From the IMG/VR virus record IMGVR_UViG_3300025131_011243, positions 58,592-122,591 of that record: a DNA stretch of 64,000 nucleotides. One strand, given 5' to 3'. Each line of letters starts with the position of its first letter. Position 1 is the stretch's first letter. The notes under the pieces were generated by a model. That model saw only the letters and a list, made by a program, of their open reading frames with translations. It made no database searches and was not told the origin of the DNA. Below are positions 57,280 to 64,000 of the stretch, in pieces. Position numbers and translations under genes: made by a program. This stretch comes from a virus.

Positions 57280-57738
57280 TCAGTCGAGATCAGGAATATC
57301 GATTGTCGTATTGTGATTGAAAGTGTCGAGTTCCGACTGGATGGTATCAATCTGTGTTTCCAGTCTGGCAGCATTCTGGTCCGCTTCTTGCCTACGGACT
57401 TCGGCCTCATAGACCGGAGCATCGCCAGAACCGTAATAGCTAGACGCCGAAGTTCCATGATTCGTGTTGATCCCATTCCAGAAATCTACTTCAGTCTTTG
57501 ATTCTGAAAGTCTGAAGATTTTGCCTACAATGGGGGCGTTAGCCTGAGCCACAGCAACCTTAAGATCGATCAGATGATTTACGAGAGCCTCTCGCCTTTG
57601 GACAAGGGCTCGGATATCCTCTTCTCGCTCTTCTCCCTGAACGGCAGAGTTTGAACTTTGAACCTTGTCGTTGACCTTCGCAATCCATCCGGCAACTCTT
57701 TTCTTGTAAGACAGTGCTTTTGCTAGTGTTAGTTTCAC
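57280..57738 (-). CDS. DIP1984/DUF6847-like coiled-coil protein
   Basis: LTLAKAL..K, LKVAVAQAN, IDTIQSELDTFNHNT. Confidence 0.6.
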   Translation of the reverse strand: MKLTLAKALSYKKRVAGWIAKVNDKVQSSNSAVQGEEREEDIRALVQRREALVNHLIDLKVAVAQANAPIVGKIFRLSESKTEVDFWNGINTNHGTSASSYYGSGDAPVYEAEVRRQEADQNAARLETQIDTIQSELDTFNHNTTIDIPDLD

Positions 57739-57749
57739 CTTGCAATCTC

Positions 57750-58355
57750 CTAGTATTCTTCGCTTAACAGGACTCTCTTAACTTCAACGCCCGAATAGCC
57801 CATTATATCCAACTGGGCTTTCACTTTTTTGTTTCTTACCCAAACCCGTCCAGCTTTCATAAGATCGAGTTCAGGAACGACGCATTGAACGGTTCCAGGA
57901 TTCTGGCGAGCCTTTCTCAACCATCGGCTTTTTGACCATGAAGGCTTTAATACCAATCTGCGCTCATAGTCAGATACATTATAGTCGTTATGCCCAGAGT
58001 TCAAAACAATATGCCAATAATCATAGTCGCTAAACATAAGGGTCGGAATCTGATCTTCCTCAAACGAGAACATGATGTAATTAGGAAACTCTCCCTTTTT
58101 ACAATATATGCTCTTGCCGTCCTTGCAGCCTATCCATCTTCTCCATTGATTCTGGTAACCAGTCATACCATGAGCATGCACGTTGTTGCCTACCGTCATG
58201 TATAGCGGAACAAAACCAGCGGCATCGCCCATCCATCGGTAAGCAGGTTCAAAATACTCATCAAATTCATCTTTATACGGACCATAAGAGGGGCGCAGAA
58301 TGCGAGCCTCAACTCCACGCATATCCGTACAATGATGGAAAATGAACTTCTTCAT
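57750..58355 (-). CDS. DUF3841-like protein
   Basis: AYRWM, FSDYDYWHIVLN, VQCVVPEL. Confidence 0.55.
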   Translation of the reverse strand: MKKFIFHHCTDMRGVEARILRPSYGPYKDEFDEYFEPAYRWMGDAAGFVPLYMTVGNNVHAHGMTGYQNQWRRWIGCKDGKSIYCKKGEFPNYIMFSFEEDQIPTLMFSDYDYWHIVLNSGHNDYNVSDYERRLVLKPSWSKSRWLRKARQNPGTVQCVVPELDLMKAGRVWVRNKKVKAQLDIMGYSGVEVKRVLLSEEY

Positions 58356-58371
58356 CCGTGAACTTTAGCAA

Positions 58372-58869
58372 CTACTTCGCTCGTTGAATCATCTGCTGCT
58401 GTTCTAAATACAACTCTGATCTTTCCCTTGTCCAAGGCTCAGTTTTAACGGGCTTATCTCTGGCGTCTACCCTTGGTCTTGCCTCTGGTCTTGCCTCTGG
58501 TCTTGCTGTTTCTTCTTTTGGCGGCTCTGGCTTTTCAGGAAGAGGGGCAGGCTCTTCTGCAACAGGCTCTTCCGTCTCTTCAGGATTGTCCCATGGAACA
58601 GAAGAAATGTCAAAAGGTTTCGTTGCGACTTGGGGATACAGTCTGGGTAACACAAAATCCTTGAAGTCCCCCTGATTCTCCTTCATAGCTCCAACTGTAA
58701 TACTTAAATTACGAACAAGCTCGTCTAGGGCTCCAACCGTACCTGCCAAAGCGTTGTTCTCAGCTTTAAGGTCAGAAATTTGAGCTTGTTGAGAAAAACT
58801 CCACGCTCCCCAAGCGATGATGATTGCCCCAAGAGCGGTATTCACGATATAAGGCTTGAGACCAGACAT
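58372..58869 (-). CDS. membrane-anchored coiled-coil/Pro-rich protein
   Basis: N-terminal TM helix, ARPE repeats. Confidence 0.65.
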   Translation of the reverse strand: MSGLKPYIVNTALGAIIIAWGAWSFSQQAQISDLKAENNALAGTVGALDELVRNLSITVGAMKENQGDFKDFVLPRLYPQVATKPFDISSVPWDNPEETEEPVAEEPAPLPEKPEPPKEETARPEARPEARPRVDARDKPVKTEPWTRERSELYLEQQQMIQRAK

Positions 58870-58903
58870 AAGTTGTTATTCTAACATTTGACCTGCATAC
58901 CCT

Positions 58904-59158
58904 TTATGCCACCGATCTGCTGAAGATGCGATCTACCTTCTTCCTCTTCTTCATAATATTTCCTGTTCGCTTTTTGTACTCTAATTCGCAATACGAATCT
59001 AGCATCTTTTCTACTTCTGGTTCCAAGTTGATGTTGCCACAAGAGCGGCATGTGAATACTTCTGAATTGATCCGAATTTCTATGTCGCCAACTTGTTTTG
59101 CTATTGCATGTATTCCTCTAGACTGACTTGTCTCTCGGTCGCAATGAATACAGTGCAT
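58904..59158 (-). CDS. YgiT-type zinc-finger protein
   Basis: CIHC...CRSCG. Confidence 0.65.
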   Translation of the reverse strand: MHCIHCDRETSQSRGIHAIAKQVGDIEIRINSEVFTCRSCGNINLEPEVEKMLDSYCELEYKKRTGNIMKKRKKVDRIFSRSVA

Positions 59159-59175
59159 TCATATCCCCTTACCCA

Positions 59176-59826
59176 TTACCAATGAAGTTCTGGAATTTCT
59201 AATAGACGATCATGGACTTCACCTCTAGTGTCAGCCAAACAAACGAACCTCGTACCATCGATTTCCTCGTCCATCTTGACATGGAAATGACCAAAGATCC
59301 AAATGTCAGGCTTGTGAATCTCGAACATGCTTTGTAGAGCATTTTCTGTCCTACTAGAAAACTCCCCCTTCCCTATGGGGGTAGCCAGTCTTAGAACTGT
59401 GGCCTTAGCTACAGTAGGGCATTCGTGAGAAACGACGATCTGAGGTTTTGTATCGGCGTACTGAACCATTACGTCTTCAAATAACTTCTGATAAGAAAGC
59501 TCTTCATCCTCCCACCAATCTATACCAATTGTTCTATTGTCAACATCGATAGAATAACCGCCACCAACCCAGAAGGCGTCCATACCTGGATGATAACCGA
59601 AGTCACCCAAATGGCTTGGATGAATCTGACATAATTCTGGGTTGTCGTGGTTACCTCTGATGAAACGATGGTCTTCAGAGTTTTCAACTAAAAGTAGATC
59701 TCGTTCTCGGAATATACCCATATCTCCGACTTGCCACGATTGGTCCAAACCAACAACACCCGAAGTAATGACCATGTTGTTGATCATCCATCTTCGGGTA
59801 GGGAATTCTCCATGAACGTCTCCCAT
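59176..59826 (-). CDS. calcineurin-like metallophosphoesterase
   Basis: GDVHG, VGDMG, RGNHD, SHECP, FGHFH; true start may lie a few codons upstream. Confidence 0.9.
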   Translation of the reverse strand: MGDVHGEFPTRRWMINNMVITSGVVGLDQSWQVGDMGIFRERDLLLVENSEDHRFIRGNHDNPELCQIHPSHLGDFGYHPGMDAFWVGGGYSIDVDNRTIGIDWWEDEELSYQKLFEDVMVQYADTKPQIVVSHECPTVAKATVLRLATPIGKGEFSSRTENALQSMFEIHKPDIWIFGHFHVKMDEEIDGTRFVCLADTRGEVHDRLLEIPELHW

Positions 59827-59848
59827 AAACCAGATAGTAATGCTCCAA

Positions 59849-60163
59849 TCATTGCTTGCTATTTACAAGCACTTCAATTTCAAACTCCAATGCAGTCGTA
59901 ACCTTTACCAATGAGGCTAACGATCTACCGTCATATGTTTTGCTTTCCATCCTAGCAATAACAGCTTGAGATACCCCGGACAGTTTAGCTAGTTGCTGTT
60001 GTGTTAGTTCTGACTTAACTCTTGCCCTATGTATCTTGGATGACAAATCGGAAACGATCTGTGCTATTTCCTTTTTCGCTATTTCAGCCGGTGACGACCC
60101 CCACTTACTTATGAAGTCATCTCGACGCTGACGTACTATTTCGTTCTTGCCTTTGACGGCCAT
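59849..60163 (-). CDS. XRE-family HTH regulator
   Basis: LTQQQLAKLSGVSQAVIARME. Confidence 0.9.
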   Translation of the reverse strand: MAVKGKNEIVRQRRDDFISKWGSSPAEIAKKEIAQIVSDLSSKIHRARVKSELTQQQLAKLSGVSQAVIARMESKTYDGRSLASLVKVTTALEFEIEVLVNSKQ

Positions 60164-60191
60164 AAACGCAATCCTTATTCAGGTTGAATCG

Positions 60192-60219
60192 ATTATACCA
60201 TATGACGCAATAAAGTCAA
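60192..60219 (-). promoter_or_regulatory. sigma70-type promoter
   Basis: TTGACT-N16-TATAAT with extended TG. Confidence 0.65.
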
Positions 60220-60226
60220 TATGGGC

Positions 60227-60763
60227 TTAATCGCTTCGTTTACTGTACAGACCGACGCCAGATCGATGACTAAATGAATCCAAACAATCGTAGTTGTCTT
60301 CCAAGTATCCTCTTGCCTTTTTGTAACCGCCTATCCGGCCTCGGCGATCATGATCATGAAGCATAACCAATGCCTCTGGGTTCATGAATTGTTCGGCAAA
60401 CAAAATCGCTTCGTAACGGAAGACTCCACTTCGATCTTTTGGCCCAAAGCCAGTACTCCCATCGACCAATACAAAATCATACTTATACAATCGGGTAAAA
60501 TCAGCCCATCGATCAGTATGAATTTCGACTTGGGGAAGAAAATGGTTAACCTGATCAATACAGGATTGAAAATTCTCTATGGATACATAGGACTCAGGCT
60601 CAACAGAACTCCATACGGCCCAGGTCGTAACTCCGCACCCGAATTCTAAAACAGAATGCACCCGTTCCTTATATGGCTGAAGAATATTATACATCCAGTC
60701 CAACTCTTCGCCTGTAGGGGCTAAAGCAGACGGTTTAAAATCTTTGGGCAATGAAAAACTCAT
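60227..60763 (-). CDS. class I SAM-dependent methyltransferase
   Basis: VLEFGCG, YDFVLVDG, LHD. Confidence 0.8.
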   Translation of the reverse strand: MSFSLPKDFKPSALAPTGEELDWMYNILQPYKERVHSVLEFGCGVTTWAVWSSVEPESYVSIENFQSCIDQVNHFLPQVEIHTDRWADFTRLYKYDFVLVDGSTGFGPKDRSGVFRYEAILFAEQFMNPEALVMLHDHDRRGRIGGYKKARGYLEDNYDCLDSFSHRSGVGLYSKRSD

Positions 60764-61665
60764 AACTCCCTCACCATATTCAGAAGCATTTTAGACATAC
60801 CTACAGGAGAGAAATACTTTTCGTAAACATCCATCGACGCCTCATGATAAGGGACAGGATCTATATCCCTTAGTTTCTCTAGATCCTCTGGCTTCGATAA
60901 AAGTACGTAGTGTTTTCCTGCCTCAAAGGGAAAGTCATAAGTAGGCTGATAATTCAAAGCCATTGGCATCCCGCATGAAGAGTATTCACATTCTCTTCTG
61001 TTTTTGCCGTCATGATTTCTTTGACGACCTTTGAGAGAAAGACCCCATTTGGTTCTTTTAAGCTTATGTATATACTCCTCCATCGGGAACCTAGCCAAAT
61101 AGTTTTCGAACGAAAAGAATCCTTTGTGCTTTACACAATAGTCTACCCACGGCTGTCTGCCAAATCTGTTGTTCTTTCCCGTAAGTATCGTGACATACTT
61201 ATGACGACCGTTCTTCCACTGAAATGGTTCTAGGGGAAAAAGGGCATTTGGCATAACCGTCCAAGACTTAACGGGTATCCCCAATGTGTCTGAAATAGTA
61301 CTCCACGTTTTATTCTTATACCATTGGATCTTGATTAGAAGGTCTACCCCAGATAAAGGCCCGTCTTCTTTCATCTTTTTCTTGTCCAAAGGACGTATTT
61401 GACCTTTCTTGTGAAAGTATCCCAACGCATAGAACCTGGTAGTCGGATGGAACGTGTCCCAAGTGTCGATGCCTATTGTTTTACCTTCGACCTCTATCAG
61501 GTTCCAATTCTGCTGACGGGCTCCAGGTTTTTGAGAATAGACCTCTGGCAAGTCTTTGTCCTGAACATCAAACAAACCACTATCACCCAGCAATCGGATA
61601 ATTGTCCGATTCCAACCAGCTAGAGATTTGTGTTCTTTCTGAACGTAAAGGGGGATCTTGCTCAT
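60760..61665 (-). CDS. putative glycosyltransferase (GT-B-like C-terminus)
   Basis: EYIHKL..TKWGLSLKG..NRRECE..GMP..FEAGKHYV. Confidence 0.55.
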   Translation of the reverse strand: MSKIPLYVQKEHKSLAGWNRTIIRLLGDSGLFDVQDKDLPEVYSQKPGARQQNWNLIEVEGKTIGIDTWDTFHPTTRFYALGYFHKKGQIRPLDKKKMKEDGPLSGVDLLIKIQWYKNKTWSTISDTLGIPVKSWTVMPNALFPLEPFQWKNGRHKYVTILTGKNNRFGRQPWVDYCVKHKGFFSFENYLARFPMEEYIHKLKRTKWGLSLKGRQRNHDGKNRRECEYSSCGMPMALNYQPTYDFPFEAGKHYVLLSKPEDLEKLRDIDPVPYHEASMDVYEKYFSPVGMSKMLLNMVREL

Positions 61666-63134
61666 AACATAGAGAACTGTTCAAAATTACTCAGTACCAT
61701 TGTCTCGGTAGGATAAACATCGCACCTGAATACATACTTGAATTCATCGACGACTTGTTCATAATGGTATCGGAAAGAGTGTTTTTCCTCCGAATCGTGA
61801 CATACTATAAACTTGGCAACATCTTTGATCTTACGAATTAAAGGAACTCTTGCTGCTGGAGGCTCTGCATCTACTAAAGCAACATCCCAGAACAAACCTT
61901 CTTTCCATTGGTCAAAATCGAACTCTTCCCATTTGTTAAAATAGATTAGCTTATGATGGTCATTGGCAAAACCTTCGAACAGCTTGAAATACTCCTTGCC
62001 TTTTTCGGGACTTTTGGGATTGCTCTCTATAGTCAGGAGTTGCCTGTTCAATGGAACGCAAAGGCTATGAAGCATGGGAGTGCTATAGTGTCCGCATCCC
62101 AACTCAAGGACGTTGCCCTTAGTCTGGGCGAAAGCAGACAAAAGCACGGGCAAATGAGTACCAGTTGACTTCATGGCATTGATTTTGGGCTTCTTTAGTG
62201 ACTGGGGGCCACTGTCTGTCTTGACTTCTTGTCTGGCTTTTTGTCTCTCTTCTCTATTGGCTTTGGCGACAGAACGACCAATGTAGTTTACCAATACTGT
62301 GGGATCTCCGCCAATAACAGGTTCTGATTCTTCTGGTTTTGGCTGGACTTTAGGAGTAAAGCTGTCTGGATCAACAATCATTTCATATTCGGGTAGTTCT
62401 TTAAGAGCAGCTACAATATTCGCCGTTCTATTCCCTTGCACCCACCCGAATTTCTTGAACTTAGGTCGTCTATATAACGATCCCAGTCTTTTGGCACAAT
62501 AAAACAGATAAGTATCTTGCGACGGAACGGGCAGCTTATACTGATCATCGATTTTGGCAGGACTAGTTACGTTTTTTGTCCATTCCGTATTGCCGAAATA
62601 TATGAACGAGATAATACGACTATGCTTGACCTTGTTGGACTTAGGGTCGTAAGGAATATTCAAAGGTTTTGAATCAGAGAACATGGGAACAGAATCCGCC
62701 CATGCATCCATCTTTTCAATAGCATTGTTCGGCTTGGTATATCCCCAAGGACTGCTAATAAAGGCTGGATTATCTTCAAACCATTCATCAAAGATCCATT
62801 GGTCACTATTGGTTGCGAAGACATCTGTATCTATCTTCAAATACCAAGGCGTCTTAACTCTTTCCCCCGGAATAACCGTCAACGCAGTGAGCATATTTTC
62901 ACGCTGAGTGTCGTACAACCCTTCTGGGGGATCCCAGAAATGAATCTGAAAATCGTCTCGATTGCGAAGCATCTTAAAGACAGGATGAGTAATCTTAATT
63001 TGCTTGGCATCGCAGATGGCAAGAACAGGACATGTCGCCAGTTCTGGTTTGAAATGAGCCCAACTAGGATAGGTTACCACCAACTGGTCCGCATGAGCTT
63101 CGTCCAAACCTAATACCATTGTAAAATCGATCAT
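61662..63134 (-). CDS. GT-A glycosyltransferase fused to methyltransferase-like domain
   Basis: YLKIDTD DxD motif; C-terminal VLELGCGHYST..VALVD..CHD. Confidence 0.7.
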   Translation of the reverse strand: MIDFTMVLGLDEAHADQLVVTYPSWAHFKPELATCPVLAICDAKQIKITHPVFKMLRNRDDFQIHFWDPPEGLYDTQRENMLTALTVIPGERVKTPWYLKIDTDVFATNSDQWIFDEWFEDNPAFISSPWGYTKPNNAIEKMDAWADSVPMFSDSKPLNIPYDPKSNKVKHSRIISFIYFGNTEWTKNVTSPAKIDDQYKLPVPSQDTYLFYCAKRLGSLYRRPKFKKFGWVQGNRTANIVAALKELPEYEMIVDPDSFTPKVQPKPEESEPVIGGDPTVLVNYIGRSVAKANREERQKARQEVKTDSGPQSLKKPKINAMKSTGTHLPVLLSAFAQTKGNVLELGCGHYSTPMLHSLCVPLNRQLLTIESNPKSPEKGKEYFKLFEGFANDHHKLIYFNKWEEFDFDQWKEGLFWDVALVDAEPPAARVPLIRKIKDVAKFIVCHDSEEKHSFRYHYEQVVDEFKYVFRCDVYPTETMVLSNFEQFSML

Positions 63135-64000
63135 TCGTACTTGCCCTCAAATTCTTTGTTCGAGTCAGCTACGATCTTCTTCCATTCTCTTGGTTTCAGT
63201 CGCCCAACTTGTTTGTCATTGGCCATCCATGTGTCCAAATGTTTCAGAAGACCAGAATCTATTAACTCTCCTGTACACTTCCACCACAGTCTTCCCGAAG
63301 GACGCTTGGTTGTTGCGTGTTTTCGGCCATGAAGATGCAGGATTTTAGCCTTCTTAATGTCGTCAAAAACAGCAGAACAATTCCAGACCGAATCCAACAC
63401 CTTTGTCTTATGGCGGAAGAACATGCATTGACAAGCGATCTCGTCAACGATAAAACGGCACTTACCTTTGTACGTTGTCTCGATCCAGTCTTTCATGAAT
63501 TCGTCAGACTCGCCTTTGGTTATGCCAAGGACCCCGGTATTGATTGCTGGACCAGCTACCAGGGCCTCCTCAATCTGTTTTTTAGGCAACACGTCGCCTA
63601 AACTGTTAATCCTCTTCTTCAACCTTTGCCCACTGGAAATCCAATTTGAGAACTGGGTAAGCAATGTAGGGGAGTCTTTGATCTGAGCAATAAGTGGATC
63701 TACATTGGTTAAGAAAACAACGTCGGTATCAACTGCCAAGGTTATGTCGTATGGTGTCTTGTTGATGATCTCAGGCTTGATGGTATACCCTGTATTCCTC
63801 TTGCACGGAGACTTCAAAGGGAAGTATGTAACGTCTACGCCCAAACGTCCAAGATCTTCTGTCATTTCACCAACATACTCATCTTCGGCCAAGCATACCG
63901 TAGCGTTGCCGCTGTAATGTTTTCGCAAAGTATAAGCCGCAACCATCATTCGCAAAGCGCATTTGTTACCGAAGTTAAAAAAGAAAACTCCCTTAGACAT
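63131..64000 (-). CDS. GT8-like glycosyltransferase (ATG at window edge)
   Basis: PYDITLAVDTD, INTGV, DE, WN, ILHLHG. Confidence 0.75.
   Translation of the reverse strand: MSKGVFFFNFGNKCALRMMVAAYTLRKHYSGNATVCLAEDEYVGEMTEDLGRLGVDVTYFPLKSPCKRNTGYTIKPEIINKTPYDITLAVDTDVVFLTNVDPLIAQIKDSPTLLTQFSNWISSGQRLKKRINSLGDVLPKKQIEEALVAGPAINTGVLGITKGESDEFMKDWIETTYKGKCRFIVDEIACQCMFFRHKTKVLDSVWNCSAVFDDIKKAKILHLHGRKHATTKRPSGRLWWKCTGELIDSGLLKHLDTWMANDKQVGRLKPREWKKIVADSNKEFEGKYE

Noticed and set aside
57268-57293. 10-bp tandem repeat GATCAGTCGA at a stop codon
   Set aside because: About 2.6 copies; most likely local slippage
58474-58506. 12-bp tandem repeat
   Set aside because: In-frame ARPE linker repeat; unremarkable
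1-64000. Alternative genetic code (stop-codon reassignment)
   Set aside because: Long conserved genes are intact in code 11, TAG and TGA end well-defined genes, and no suppressor tRNA was seen

Overview
Segment of a large (jumbo-type) tailed-phage genome, standard code 11, mostly minus strand. 1-26 kb: head morphogenesis and packaging (giant intein-containing prohead protease/scaffold, portal-like protein with a DUF559-type tail, terminase large subunit, many unknown virion-like proteins sharing K-x-A motifs, a probable -1 frameshift, an HNH homing cassette). 26-40 kb: auxiliary metabolism and regulation (dut, intein-containing class II RNR, macro domain, FliA/WhiG-type sigma factor, pncB-nadE, SleB-like hydrolase, panD, ACP-like). 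40-51 kb: tRNA-rich region (Ser and Leu clusters, long-arm Cys, pseudo-tRNAs). It contains the most striking locus: an array of Y-RNA-like/tRNA chimeras sharing one covarying motif, followed by Ubl, a Ro60/TROVE-like vWA protein, an orphan, JAB and E1(ThiF). 51-64 kb: vWA/nicotinamidase/kinase/PP2C module, a ~200-nt minimal RNase P RNA lacking most of the S-domain, a structured ncRNA candidate with 7-nt repeats after a DIP1984-like gene, and a glycosyl/methyltransferase cluster. All calls come from motif recognition and manual folding; no database search was run.
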